Positions 40,603-51,708 of a DNA stretch of 64,000 nucleotides are shown here, in pieces. The DNA comes from an uncultured Poribacteria bacterium (lineage in GTDB: Bacteria > Poribacteria > WGA-4E > WGA-3G), in contig OX638351.1 in assembly GCA_951813565.1 (NCBI GenBank), forward strand, positions 2,464,001 to 2,528,000, in the 5' to 3' direction. The first letter of the stretch is position 1. Every line of letters starts with the position of its first letter. A program made the position numbers and the translations under genes. The notes beneath the pieces are model-generated. The model ran no database searches and had not been told where the DNA came from. It worked only from the letters and a program-made list of their open reading frames with translations.

Positions 40603-43034
40603 TTAGCCTTTGTACCACGTCGTAACAGAAACGGATCGCTTTTAACAATTTCAGTAATCAAAACGGAACTTCTGTAATCGTTAGCCTCAAGCTCAGTGAC
40701 AATTCGGTCAACGGTTGGTTTGTCATAATATTCTAACCCTCTACCTAAAGCAAAGATAAGCATCTTTTCTGTTAAGCATCTGGCAAACTGCGTTTTTCTA
40801 TTTTTAAGAATCTGTTTTAAGTCTGTTATACCCTCAAACGAAGTCCCATCTGGTAATTGTCCGGCTGAATCAATATCTTGCTCTCCATCTTTCGTTCGGA
40901 ACTTGCCGATGGCGTTGTAGTTTTCCATTGCAAATCCGATAGGATCCATTTTGGCGTGACAGTTGGCACAAGCCGGATCATCGCGGTGTTGTTCAAGTCG
41001 TTCTCGCAATGTGGTTCCAGTAATAGCATCATGGTCTTCTTCCAATTCAGGGACATCTGGCGGTGGTGGTGGCGGCGGTGAGCCAAGTATCTGTTCTAAA
41101 ACCCAACGTCCTCTTTTCACAGGTGAGGTGCGGGTTGGATTGGAGGTTACCGTCAAGACGCTGGCTTGCGTCAGGATACCACCGCGTGCGGGATTTTTCA
41201 ATGGAACCCGCCGAAACGCGTCACCTTTAATTGGTTCTCCTTGTGCATCTCTCCAAATCTCATAATGTCCCCCTAAACGTTGATTGACAAACGTATAGTC
41301 TGCATCAAGCAGATTGAGGATACTCCGATCTTCACGAAAGATTGACTCCAAGAACAGTTCCGTTTCTTTCAACATCGCTGCGCGTAGTTTAGGATTGAAA
41401 GTTGGAAAACGTTTAGGATCAGGTGTGACGGTTTCCAATTGTTGGATTTGTAACCATTGTACACCGAAGTTGGTAGCCAATTCCCTTGCTTTTGGATCTG
41501 CCAGCATCCGCTTAACCTGTGCCTCAAGGTTTGCGGTCAGTAAATTTTTCTCCGCCAGTTCAAGGAGTTCATCATCAGGGATACTGCTCCATAAAAAGTA
41601 GGAAAGCCGCGAAGCGAGTTGAAACTCATCAATCGGACGTGGATCTTCGCTTTGTGGGCGGTCATCTAACTCCAATCGAAATAAGAACTTGGGTGAACAG
41701 AGGATGACTTTAATCGCCTGCTGAATACCTGCTTCCCATTTAGCACCGCCTGCTTGAACAGATTCCACAAACTGAACAAGCTGCTGCACTTCATTTTCAG
41801 TCGGGAGACGGCGATATGCCTTGCGAAGCAGTCGTGTTAGGACTTCACGAGTCTGCTCTGCTTGAGGAATGTCCGGTGTGCAGGCTAATATCTTGAGATG
41901 TGATTTAGGTCTGGTCTCCAACGGTCCTACCGACGTGATGGAACGAATTTGAAGTCTTGCTTGTAGTTCGCCATCTTCAGGTTTTACCATTGCAATTCCT
42001 GCAAATTCGATGTTCGCAATTCGGTTAACAAGGAACCTAATTGTTTGAAGTTTCTTTGGATCACGTGCAGTAATGTCAAATATCTTGAGGATCTTGATTC
42101 TGTTTCTTGTCGTAGGGTCATAACCGACTAACCGTGTAAGTTCATCTGGTGGGGATACATCTTTCAGATCATTGCCTTGAATGAATAGCGCGACCTGAAC
42201 AGGGGTTTCACTTTCTGTTTCAGCATAAAGCGTAGCACGGAAATATGTCTCTACATCGGATAAGAGTTTGAGTGGGACAGCATAAGTTTTAAATGGTCCT
42301 GATTTCCACGGTTCAGCTGCATTTGGATCAAGCAGACGGAAACGTCCATCAGGAACATCTTTGTGTCGCGGAATAAGATACTTTGTGTTTATATAGTTTG
42401 TGGACGGCTTCGGTGGATTTAATATAATAACACGTGTGGCAATTGCTTCTGCTGCTTGGAGATACCGCTCCATCAGCAGTGGTGACATCGTCAGTACATC
42501 ACCGATGTTATCAAATCCGTGTCCGACATCGTCTGCGGGAAAATTTTCAGTCGGATCAAAATCCGCCCACAACAAATCTCGAACGCTGTTTCTGTATTCA
42601 ATCCTGTTGAGTCTGCGAACAGTTATGCGCCCTGGATCCGGTTTTGCCGTGCGACTTGCGTCCTCAAAAATGGCATCAACGTGCTGAATAAAAGATTCCA
42701 CTTCCTCCATGAGAGGTTGCTCTTTCTCTGCTGGCGGCATTTGGCTTGTATCTAACATTTCTAAGACTCTTTCCCAAACATCGTGATTCTTGATCAACGA
42801 TAAGTTGTCTTTAAATGAGTCAAGCGCGAGACCCGCACTGGGTTCATCACCCGCATGGCAGCCGAAGCAGTACTGTTTTAAAAATGGTATACCTTCTTTT
42901 CCAAAGTCGGGAGTAATTTTTTCACCAGTACTGGGTGTCAGTGAAACAATCAACAGTAGCAAGATGAGAAAAAAGGGTAACGCTATGTATTTGAAACAGA
43001 TTACTGATTTCTTACGGAAAATGGTGTTTTTCAT
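40599..43034 (-). CDS. DUF1592/1588/1587/1585/1595 protein with c-type heme motifs
   Basis: CFGCH, CANCH, RRLNRIEY, LASRLSYFLWSS, TSPVKRG. Confidence 0.92.
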   Translation of the reverse strand: MKNTIFRKKSVICFKYIALPFFLILLLLIVSLTPSTGEKITPDFGKEGIPFLKQYCFGCHAGDEPSAGLALDSFKDNLSLIKNHDVWERVLEMLDTSQMPPAEKEQPLMEEVESFIQHVDAIFEDASRTAKPDPGRITVRRLNRIEYRNSVRDLLWADFDPTENFPADDVGHGFDNIGDVLTMSPLLMERYLQAAEAIATRVIILNPPKPSTNYINTKYLIPRHKDVPDGRFRLLDPNAAEPWKSGPFKTYAVPLKLLSDVETYFRATLYAETESETPVQVALFIQGNDLKDVSPPDELTRLVGYDPTTRNRIKILKIFDITARDPKKLQTIRFLVNRIANIEFAGIAMVKPEDGELQARLQIRSITSVGPLETRPKSHLKILACTPDIPQAEQTREVLTRLLRKAYRRLPTENEVQQLVQFVESVQAGGAKWEAGIQQAIKVILCSPKFLFRLELDDRPQSEDPRPIDEFQLASRLSYFLWSSIPDDELLELAEKNLLTANLEAQVKRMLADPKARELATNFGVQWLQIQQLETVTPDPKRFPTFNPKLRAAMLKETELFLESIFREDRSILNLLDADYTFVNQRLGGHYEIWRDAQGEPIKGDAFRRVPLKNPARGGILTQASVLTVTSNPTRTSPVKRGRWVLEQILGSPPPPPPPDVPELEEDHDAITGTTLRERLEQHRDDPACANCHAKMDPIGFAMENYNAIGKFRTKDGEQDIDSAGQLPDGTSFEGITDLKQILKNRKTQFARCLTEKMLIFALGRGLEYYDKPTVDRIVTELEANDYRSSVLITEIVKSDPFLLRRGTKAN

Positions 43035-43103
43035 TTTTTTGAATCGTAGATGATATTGGATTATTTGTTTTGTCTTATGTGTTTAGATAATAGCTTATGT
43101 GTT

Positions 43104-43280
43104 TACAATCTATCTCATAAATCGTGGGAGGATTCCTGAACCCGGTCTTTTTTTAAAGAGATGTTTACTTAAGCAAGAACGCGTTGGTAGTCGCGCAATT
43201 TATTGCGCCTCTTACATTAGTTTTTATGGTTTGAATTAGCGTAGTGAACTAACGAATTCCGATTTATGAGATGCACTCTA
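43104..43280. mobile_element. MITE with IS5-like ends
   Basis: ATCTCATAAATCG / CGATTTATGAGAT core shared with the 9682 IS IR; internal REPs. Confidence 0.65.
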
Positions 43281-43382
43281 GATAATAGACTGTAATGCCA
43301 TCGGAAATTTAGACAGTGGTATAAATTTCCAATGCCATTACAACCAAAAAAGCAGTTACCTTCTTATATTTCAATAATACTT

Positions 43383-44171
43383 TCAATTTTTAATCCTCCT
43401 TATCCCTCTAAGGGGCGTTTCACGAAATATTTTGTCATATTCAGCCCGAAGCCTATCCCTTTCAGGGCGTAATTCATCCAATGAAACACGAAGCATTTGC
43501 CGATACCCTTTCTCATTCTTAAACCTTGATACCTGATCCTCTAAGGATCCTGAATAAGAATGTTTCTCAACTTCGTTCATATATGTCTCAAGCTTTTCAC
43601 GACCGTTCGGATCGTTTTTAAAAACCTGATCCATTGCTTGCTCATACACATTAGAGGGTAATTTTCTAAGACTTCCGACTAAAATCGCCATTCCTGAATG
43701 ACTCGAGTTCATTAAAGCCTCTTCCATCTCGTTGCATGTATGAAGTACATCATTATATTCTTTTTTTGCCCCCTTTACACGTTTTCTCCAGAACTGCACA
43801 GCTTCAGGATAGGTCATACCTTTATAGATACCATCTTTAAACCGAAAAACTTCGCCATTAGCATCAGTGCCAACGGCAGCCGTTTCCGTTGTTTCAGTCA
43901 TGTTGTCACTCTCATTTATATTAACTGGATTGTTCGGTTCCACAGTTGTTTCCGTACCCTGTTCTAAATCCGAGATTCCAGCGTGTGTTCCATTATCAGC
44001 ATGAGAATGTTCATGGTCACGTTTTCCTTCCTCTTGTAATCTTTTCTCAGTTGCTTTTGCTTCCTCACGCATCTGCTTAAGTTCCATCTGGGCGGGAATA
44101 ATAAGCATAGAGAAACCTATAAGCAGAACAACTGCGAGAACACTAAATCCCAAGATCATTTTAGACCACAT
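43383..44171 (-). CDS. Hypothetical membrane-anchored exported protein with His-rich patch
   Basis: N-terminal TM, HEHSH, coiled-coil-like; AAGGAG RBS. Confidence 0.65.
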   Translation of the reverse strand: MWSKMILGFSVLAVVLLIGFSMLIIPAQMELKQMREEAKATEKRLQEEGKRDHEHSHADNGTHAGISDLEQGTETTVEPNNPVNINESDNMTETTETAAVGTDANGEVFRFKDGIYKGMTYPEAVQFWRKRVKGAKKEYNDVLHTCNEMEEALMNSSHSGMAILVGSLRKLPSNVYEQAMDQVFKNDPNGREKLETYMNEVEKHSYSGSLEDQVSRFKNEKGYRQMLRVSLDELRPERDRLRAEYDKIFRETPLRGIRRIKN

Positions 44172-44642
44172 AATATTCTCCTTTATAGAGTTATAGTTCT
44201 ATCTACATGCGATCGGCGCGCAGAGGGTAGCAGATATGCAATAGTTAAAAACAATTTTAGTGAGATTAAGAAACCCTGTCTTATCATATCTATTATTAAT
44301 TTGATGCAGTGCAGCACAGTTGGTTTTCACGATTCTTGCCCCATTATTTATAGTGGATTTTACAATAAACTGGACATCTGAGCTGTGAATCAACGCCAAT
44401 GCGCGTTTGGCGAGAGGGAACTCCGATTCCCGACTAACAATGGTTTCGTCGCGATTCGGAGATCGCTCCTACAGAATATATGAACTTATTTACATAATTT
44501 CCTATAACTAACATTCTGGAAACTTTTCGGGTCATTCTTTAGTTTTTCATATTTGCCATCTGTTAACCTTCAAATGTAATATTATAATACCATGAATGTC
44601 AAAGAAATGGTAGTTTTGTAATTCTCGCTCTTTTCCCATAAT

Positions 44643-45584
44643 TCAGCTGTCCTTTACAATCAAAAGTTCATGTGACTGCTTGACATGTCCTATTCCATTT
44701 TCAATCCGATTCTTACCGATACGGGTTTCGCCTTGTCCTAATGTGTACTGCCATTGCACCTCAAGAATCCTGAAGTCAGCGTACCACTGCCGAATAGTTT
44801 GGCAATCATTGTAAGAAAGGACGAAGCCTCCTTTGTGATTGTGAAGTAGGTCGCGCAGTAATTCGTGGTTAAAGCCTTTATGGTGGACAGGAAAATTCCG
44901 TTGCGGATAGATACCACGGAACATTTCTCCCTGATCAAGATAATAGGGAGGGTCGCAATACAGAAAGTCATCTGAATGGACTGGAAGAGTCTCCTCAAAT
45001 CTACCGGCATGAACGGCCAAGTTAGGACATCTGAAATTACGTACAGTCTGCAACGTCCGAATGTATCTCTCAGGAGATTCATAAATCTTTGACATCCAAC
45101 CGAGAAAACCGGGCCCATAAGATAGATTGTGATTAAACCAGTAATGCGCTGCCAATTCCAAAGGATCAGAAATGAATGTTTCGCTATTCCAGTGTGCTTT
45201 GAGGCGAGTCTTAACCTCTGCATATTGTGCTTTTGTAGGTTGCCACTGTTCAAGCTGTTCAGTAAGCGCACTGCCTAACGAAAGTTGGACCTGCCAATAG
45301 TTTACGAGAATATCAAAGATGTCATAAGCCCGAACCTGCATACCAAGTTCTTTGGCACATGCAATTTCAACTGCCCCGCCTCCCATGAACGGTGATACGA
45401 GTTTTTCTAACCCATCAGGAAGTTGCTCTACTATATGTCCAACTCCGAGACTTTTCCCGCCAGCATATCGTAGTGGGAGACCTCTATAACGTGCATATTT
45501 GTACTTACCTTGACTTCTGAGAGCATCTAAAAATAAAACTTTTAAGGATGCCCCAAAAAGATCAGAATCGGTTTGAACGATCAT
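44643..45584 (-). CDS. Orphan DNA adenine methyltransferase (Dam/D12 class)
   Basis: LRYAGGKS, SPFMGGG, YCDPPY, LSYND; no adjacent endonuclease. Confidence 0.88.
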   Translation of the reverse strand: MIVQTDSDLFGASLKVLFLDALRSQGKYKYARYRGLPLRYAGGKSLGVGHIVEQLPDGLEKLVSPFMGGGAVEIACAKELGMQVRAYDIFDILVNYWQVQLSLGSALTEQLEQWQPTKAQYAEVKTRLKAHWNSETFISDPLELAAHYWFNHNLSYGPGFLGWMSKIYESPERYIRTLQTVRNFRCPNLAVHAGRFEETLPVHSDDFLYCDPPYYLDQGEMFRGIYPQRNFPVHHKGFNHELLRDLLHNHKGGFVLSYNDCQTIRQWYADFRILEVQWQYTLGQGETRIGKNRIENGIGHVKQSHELLIVKDS

Positions 45585-45747
45585 AATATCTGAGTTGAAA
45601 TTATGAGAGAAGGTAAATTTGATACATTTGGTTCGGAGGGTTTCGAATTTACTATGTGAATGTAAGAGGCGCAATGAATCGCGCGACTACAAACGGCGTA
45701 ACTCCAAATATTGACCATTATTTCTTTGCTTCACTATAAAATAACTT

Positions 45748-46084
45748 GAGTTGAGAATAAGCCGGATTCTGTATATGATGATCATTCATCTGGGATCAAT
45801 GTTGCCATTAACCTCAAGCGGTTACCCGGGACGAGGCGGGCACACCTCTAAATGTCCACATTTTACCTTGCTCCAGATGGGGTTTACCAGCTCCATAAGT
45901 CACCTCATGGACTGGTGCGCTTTTACCGCACCGTTTCACCTGTACAACGTTTTTACGCGTTGTAGTCTACTTTCTGTTGCACTTTCCATAGCGTTGCCGC
46001 TCCTGGGGGTTACCCAGCACCCTTGCCCTGCGGAGTCCGGACTTTCCTCATCCCGAATACGGGACGCGACCATCTACTCAACTC
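45748..46084 (-). ncRNA. rnpB: RNase P RNA, type A
   Basis: Minus strand GAGGAAAGTCCGGACTCC ... ACAGAATCCGGCTTA; complementary GAGTTGAG/CTCAACTC P1 ends. Confidence 0.97.
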
Positions 46085-46331
46085 AAGCGCATCTTAAGGA
46101 TACCATATTTATGTAGGGTCGGCAATATGAATTTACAGGCATTTCAGAAGAATGCAATTTTCATGAACCCTTCTTGTGGAAGGGCTTTGTAAGCCCGATT
46201 GATTTGAGCTAATCCGCGCAAGACCGAGATTCAGAAAACAGCGGACGGCATACGGAGTATGCCTGCTACCATGTGTTGAGTTTCGCAAGCTCTACCCAAC
46301 CTACAAGTTTAGTCAAACACACATTAAAAAT

Positions 46332-46376
46332 AATAGGACTTACGTGAACCCTTGTTTGGGTAGTGTAAGTCCTATT
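46332..46376. repeat. 12-bp inverted repeat downstream of nrdJ (terminator or mini-MITE)
   Basis: AATAGGACTTAC ... GTAAGTCCTATT. Confidence 0.55.
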
Positions 46377-46394
46377 GGTATCAAAATGAAAGGT

Positions 46395-49300
46395 TTATGA
46401 ACAGCCGCTTGTTGCGCCACAGTTGGTGCATCGGTAGCAAATACCGCTTCGTATCATAATTGTACCACACTCGTGACAGGGAGGTGCGTCTCCGTATCGG
46501 AGTGTAATCAGTTTCTCGCGATCTGCCCATGGATTTGCGTCCCCGTTATTTCCGTGTGCATGTAGATCGGTTTCTTCGGGTAATGCCAATTGGTCATCTA
46601 ACTCAAGAACATCCATGGTATCTTCTTGCACTTCTTTCGGGAGGAACTCTTTTCCAAGCCAGCGGAAAACATAGTCAACAATTGATTTTGCCATCGGAAT
46701 ATCTGGGTCTTGGGTGAAACCCGATGGGTCAAACCGGACATGGCTGAACTTATTGACGAGTGACTCTAACGGCACACCGTACTGCAAAGCAACAGAGATG
46801 AGGATGGCAATAGAGTCCATGAGTCCTGAGATGGTAGACCCTTGTTTACTCATGGTAAGGAAAACTTCACCCGGGGTGCCATCTTCAAAAAAACCGACAT
46901 GCATGTATCCTTCATGACCACCAACGCTGAATTTATGTGTTCTCGAGTCTCGGGTATCTGCGAGCCGTCTCCTAATAGGACGTTCGCTGGCTTCACCCTG
47001 TGCGTCCTGCTGGCTACTGGTTGAGAGCGGTTGACTACCTTTACTCCCATCACGATAAATAGCAAGACATTTCACACCGAGACGCCACGCTTCAACATAA
47101 AGTTCTTTAATATCGTCGACAGTTGCTTCACGCGGGACGTTGACTGTCTTGGAGATAGCACCTGAAATAAAAGGCTGCACAGCTGCCATTAATTTCAGCG
47201 GTCCCATGTGATGAATAAAACGAGTGCCGTGCTTACCAGATTGAACAGCACAATCGAAAACAGGATAATGTTTAGAAGACAGATGTGGCGCGCCTTCAAC
47301 AGTCCCTGTACCACAAATGATTTCCTCTGCGGTTGCTATTTCACTCGGATTGAATCCCATGTAGGTGAGCAGGTCAAAATCTGGAGACGCAGCTTTATCA
47401 ACATTTATCCCTAATCTTTCAAGGCATTCTTCTCCCAGAAAACCGGGTGCGAAAGCGAGATTCAGATCAAAAGCACTCGGCAACATTTCTTCAACACGCT
47501 CAATATCTTCCTCTCTGAATCCTTTATATTTGAGGGATTCAGGATTGATATATGGCGTGCCCTCAAGTGTTCCTGTTCCGACGATGTGCGTGACAATCGC
47601 TTCTATGTGTTGCGGTATGTAGCCAAGTTTTTCCAAAGCGTCGCGAACACTTTGGTTCACAATCTTGATATAACCACCACCCGCCAACTTTTTAAATTTG
47701 ACAAGGGCAAATTCAGGTTCAATTCCAGTTGTATCACAGTCCATTAGAAGCGCGATGGTTCCGGTTGGAGCGATAACACTGATTTGCGAATTTCGGTATC
47801 CCCAATCTTCGCCTTTCTGCAGGCAGATATCCCAATCTTCGCGCGCTGCCTCCAAGAGATCAGATGGGCAAGTCGTCGCATCAATTTTATATGCAGCATC
47901 TCGATGCATGCTGATAACGCCTAACATTGAATCCTGATTCTTAGCATAACCAGAAAAAGTTCCGATACTTTTAGCGATTTCAGCACTCGTTTGGTAACCT
48001 TGTCCACTTAGAATAGCCGTAATAGCACCTGCATAACTACAGGCTTCTGCACTATCATAAGGGATACCTAATCGCATCAGGAGTGCGCCTAAGTTAGCGA
48101 ATCCGAGTCCAAGTGGACGATATTCATGAGATCGTCTGGCTATTTTGGCAGTCGGGTACGAAGACAGACTGACAATGATTTCCATCGCGGTGATAAACAC
48201 ACGAACAGTTGCTCTGAACCCATCAATGTCAAAAGTGTCGTCATCATTGAGATACTTGACAAGATTTATGCTCGCGAGGTTACACGCAGAGTCATCTAAG
48301 AACAGATATTCGCTGCAAGGATTACTTGCGTAAATGCGATCAGATTGTTTACAGGTATGCCATTTTTGAATCGTATCATCAAATTGCACCCCGGGATCAG
48401 CACAAGCCCATGCTGCCTCTGCGATCTTTTCCATCAGTGTTTTCGCTTCATACTCCTCGGCAACTTCACCACTGGTGCGATAAGTTGTTTGCCAAGGTTT
48501 TCCTTGTAGGTAGGCATCCATGAAAATATCTGGAATCCGCACCGAATTATTACTGTTCTGTCCACTGACAGTGCCATAAGCTTCACCATTAAAGTCTGCA
48601 GGGTACCCAGCAGCAATGAGTGCCTTCGCCTTCTCTTCCTCTTTCATCTTCCAGTCAATATAGTCAACGATTTCGGGATGGTCCATATCTAAAATGACCA
48701 TCTTTGCGGCGCGGCGTGTTGTGCCACCAGACTTAATACTGCCTGCCCATCTGTCGAATCCTTCAAGAAATGAAAGCACACCAGAACTTTCACCGCCACT
48801 GGAGAGGTGTTCACCTTTTGCGCGGACCTTACTGAAATTAGAACCGGTTCCGCTTCCGTATTTAAAGAGTCTTACCTCAGCCTTTTGCAGATCAAGCATG
48901 GAATCTAAAGAGTCATCAACACTTTGGATAAAACATGCTGAGTTTTGTGGGTGTTGATAAGCGTTTTGAGTGATATTAACTTTTTGTGCTTCCCTATCCC
49001 AATGGTAATTGCCACCGGCGCCCTTAATCCCGTATTCGTGCCATAAACCGCAGTTAAACCAGACGGGAGAATTGAAAGCACCTCGCTGCGTGACAAGGAT
49101 ATGTGTTAACTCCATTTCAAAAGTTTCCGCGTCATCGGAGGTCGCAAAATAACCTCCAATTTCTTCACCTGCACGGCGAAGTGTACGTGCAACGCGGGTA
49201 ACCAATTGGCGAACGCTGTCCTCTGATTCTACATCAGGAACACCAGCTTTTCGGAAATATTTTGAGGCAGCAATATCCGTTGCGAGTTGGGTCCAGAAAG

Positions 49301-49502
49301 CAGGAACTTCAACTTGGTCCTGTTTAAAAATGACATTACCTTTCTCGCTGTAGATAGCGGCATCGCGGCGTTCCCATTCGATCTCATCAAATGGGTGTAC
49401 CGCCGATTTCGTAAAATGCCGACCAAAGGTAAGTCCGGTTCCATCCCCTTCCACTGGATGGTTCGCTGCTTCATCAATTTCTTTGATATTATCAGCAGCC
49501 AT
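46395..49502 (-). CDS. nrdJ: Class II (B12-dependent) ribonucleotide reductase with TSCPD and Zn-ribbon C-terminus
   Basis: FNSPVWFN, ACFI, SNPCSEY, APTGTI, CHECG..CTNCGATSGCS. Confidence 0.95.
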   Translation of the reverse strand: MAADNIKEIDEAANHPVEGDGTGLTFGRHFTKSAVHPFDEIEWERRDAAIYSEKGNVIFKQDQVEVPAFWTQLATDIAASKYFRKAGVPDVESEDSVRQLVTRVARTLRRAGEEIGGYFATSDDAETFEMELTHILVTQRGAFNSPVWFNCGLWHEYGIKGAGGNYHWDREAQKVNITQNAYQHPQNSACFIQSVDDSLDSMLDLQKAEVRLFKYGSGTGSNFSKVRAKGEHLSSGGESSGVLSFLEGFDRWAGSIKSGGTTRRAAKMVILDMDHPEIVDYIDWKMKEEEKAKALIAAGYPADFNGEAYGTVSGQNSNNSVRIPDIFMDAYLQGKPWQTTYRTSGEVAEEYEAKTLMEKIAEAAWACADPGVQFDDTIQKWHTCKQSDRIYASNPCSEYLFLDDSACNLASINLVKYLNDDDTFDIDGFRATVRVFITAMEIIVSLSSYPTAKIARRSHEYRPLGLGFANLGALLMRLGIPYDSAEACSYAGAITAILSGQGYQTSAEIAKSIGTFSGYAKNQDSMLGVISMHRDAAYKIDATTCPSDLLEAAREDWDICLQKGEDWGYRNSQISVIAPTGTIALLMDCDTTGIEPEFALVKFKKLAGGGYIKIVNQSVRDALEKLGYIPQHIEAIVTHIVGTGTLEGTPYINPESLKYKGFREEDIERVEEMLPSAFDLNLAFAPGFLGEECLERLGINVDKAASPDFDLLTYMGFNPSEIATAEEIICGTGTVEGAPHLSSKHYPVFDCAVQSGKHGTRFIHHMGPLKLMAAVQPFISGAISKTVNVPREATVDDIKELYVEAWRLGVKCLAIYRDGSKGSQPLSTSSQQDAQGEASERPIRRRLADTRDSRTHKFSVGGHEGYMHVGFFEDGTPGEVFLTMSKQGSTISGLMDSIAILISVALQYGVPLESLVNKFSHVRFDPSGFTQDPDIPMAKSIVDYVFRWLGKEFLPKEVQEDTMDVLELDDQLALPEETDLHAHGNNGDANPWADREKLITLRYGDAPPCHECGTIMIRSGICYRCTNCGATSGCS

Positions 49503-49969
49503 ATTTTCACCCCCTAATTTACAGTTAAGAATTAAATCTTAACTGTTTCACAATTTTAATAGTTTGTAGTTTACCAAAGAATTTAAAATTTCGCAAGAAA
49601 AATAATATTATCAAACCTTAATTTCCTCAAAAAATTTGCTGAGGCGTCCATTTAAAACTTAACCTCTAACCAGAAGAAATTTACAAACAGTGCTATACCG
49701 AACGCTCACAATACTATATAAAATTATACACGGAAATGTGGTCAGCACCGTTCCTATTTCTTAACTTCAGTATGTAACGTTGGGTACAGAATATTTGGAA
49801 CAACATTGGGGCATGGAAAATTTATATTTTGCTGTGAATGCCTGCTATTTCTATGCAGACAGAACTATAGATTTTCAATACTCGTAACAAAATTGACTTG
49901 AGGAGTTTGGTGTGGTATAATTTCGGTTACTAAAATATGCTGATAAAATAATACACAAATGGAAATTTC

Positions 49970-51685
49970 GTGGATATGGATGAAATCAAATCAGAAATAT
50001 ACGATATATTAAAAGGCGCGATCCGTGCTGCAATTGAGTCGGGGGAACTTCCAATATCGGACGTTCCCGGAATCCCTTTTTCGCCTACTAAAACCCCCGA
50101 ACACGGTGATATAGCGACTCCAGTTGCTTTGGGATTGGCAAAAAGTGCAAAAATGGCACCACGGACAATAGCCGAGATAATTCGCAAGCATGTAGATAAA
50201 AATAAATACCCGCGTATCCGCAAACTTGAAATTGCTGGACCGGGGTTTATTAATGTCTATCTCTCCGATGAGTGGTTAGACGACACACTCAGGACAATTG
50301 TGGAAGCGGGTGATGCTTACGGAAATAGCGAAATAGGTATTGGCAAGCGGATTCAAATTGAGTTTGTCAGTGCAAATCCGACAGGTCCGCTTAACATTGT
50401 GAGTGGGCGCGCTGCAGCCGTTGGCGATACGCTTGTCAACTTGTTAAACGCGGTGGGTTATGAGGCTATCCGTGAGTATTACGTCAACGATGCGGGTGGG
50501 CAAGTTGAACGACTTGGAGAATCAATTGATGTGCGCTATCGGCAAGCGTCAGGTGAAAATGACTTAGAAATTCCAGAAGGTGGATATCAAGGAAAATATT
50601 TGCGAGAGTTTGCACAAACTATCGCCGATGAGGAAGGTGATGTCTATCTAAAACTTAGCCAAGAAGAGCGGGTTAAACTTTTACGAGATAAAGGAATAAG
50701 GCATCTACTTGGACAACAAAAAGCCTCTTTGGAACGTTTTGGTGTTAACTTTGATGTGTGGACAAGCGAAAAAGCGATCCGAGACAGTGGAAAGCCAGAC
50801 GAAATTATTGAAATGTTTCGTGAGAAAAATTATCTCTACGATGCAGACGGTGCGACATGGTTTCGGATGACGGACTTTGGAGACGATAAGGATTGTGTCG
50901 TAATCCGCACCAATGGTGAATACACATATTTTGTTCCAGATGCAGCATACCATCGTGATAAATTTGACCGTGGCTTTGACAAAGTGATTGACCTGCTTGG
51001 CCCAGATCATCAGGGGCATGTGTTTCGACTCAAGAATTTTGTGAAAGCACTCGGTTTGGCAGATGATTGGTTGGAAATTGATATTATTCAACAGGTAAAT
51101 CTGGTTGATTCAGATGGCACTCGGCGGGATATGTCAAAGCGTCAGGGGCAGTTCTTTACACTTGATTTACTCATTGACGAACTTGCGGATGCTGTAGGTG
51201 AAGGATTTGCTGTGGATGTAGCACGATACTTTTTCCTGATGCGCGCAAACAATACACACTTGGATTTCAATCTTGAATTAGCGGTTACGCAAGCGAATGA
51301 GAACCCTGTCTTTTACATACAATATGCACACGCGCGGTGCTGTAGTATTTTCCAACAAGGAAAAGAGCAGCGAATTGAGTTGAAACCGATCACAGAAGTT
51401 TCTCTTGCACTACTCACAGAAGCGCATGAACACGAACTGATCCGAAAGTTGGCAGAATTTCCAGCAATTGTCCTGTCCAGCGCAGAGGAACGAGAGGCAC
51501 ACCGCATTCCACATTATCTACACGAATTAGCAGGCATATTCCATCCGTATTACAATCAGCATCGGGTGCTTGATACGTCAAATATGGAACGGACTTATGC
51601 AAGACTCATCCTCATTCAAAGTGTGCAAACAGTGTTGGCAAATGGGTTGAGATTGTTAGGAATTTCAGCACCAGAATCAATGTAA
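49970..51685 (+). CDS. argS: Arginine--tRNA ligase
   Basis: EFVSANPTGPL, EYYVNDAG, MSKR, YIQYAHAR, SAPESM. Confidence 0.97.
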   Translation: MDMDEIKSEIYDILKGAIRAAIESGELPISDVPGIPFSPTKTPEHGDIATPVALGLAKSAKMAPRTIAEIIRKHVDKNKYPRIRKLEIAGPGFINVYLSDEWLDDTLRTIVEAGDAYGNSEIGIGKRIQIEFVSANPTGPLNIVSGRAAAVGDTLVNLLNAVGYEAIREYYVNDAGGQVERLGESIDVRYRQASGENDLEIPEGGYQGKYLREFAQTIADEEGDVYLKLSQEERVKLLRDKGIRHLLGQQKASLERFGVNFDVWTSEKAIRDSGKPDEIIEMFREKNYLYDADGATWFRMTDFGDDKDCVVIRTNGEYTYFVPDAAYHRDKFDRGFDKVIDLLGPDHQGHVFRLKNFVKALGLADDWLEIDIIQQVNLVDSDGTRRDMSKRQGQFFTLDLLIDELADAVGEGFAVDVARYFFLMRANNTHLDFNLELAVTQANENPVFYIQYAHARCCSIFQQGKEQRIELKPITEVSLALLTEAHEHELIRKLAEFPAIVLSSAEEREAHRIPHYLHELAGIFHPYYNQHRVLDTSNMERTYARLILIQSVQTVLANGLRLLGISAPESM

Positions 51686-51708
51686 AACTTTAACGGAGAT
51701 TTCCATAA

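Noticed and set aside
44643..45674. Complete type II R-M system
   Set aside because: No endonuclease-like neighbour; the first 30 codons of the called ORF begin at the edge of a REP and are probably not coding.
45751..46116. 121-aa plus-strand ORF
   Set aside because: Antisense shadow of rnpB.
49560..49740. NrdR boxes or cobalamin riboswitch upstream of nrdJ
   Set aside because: Only weak AT-rich matches; no recognisable tandem box or B12 box.
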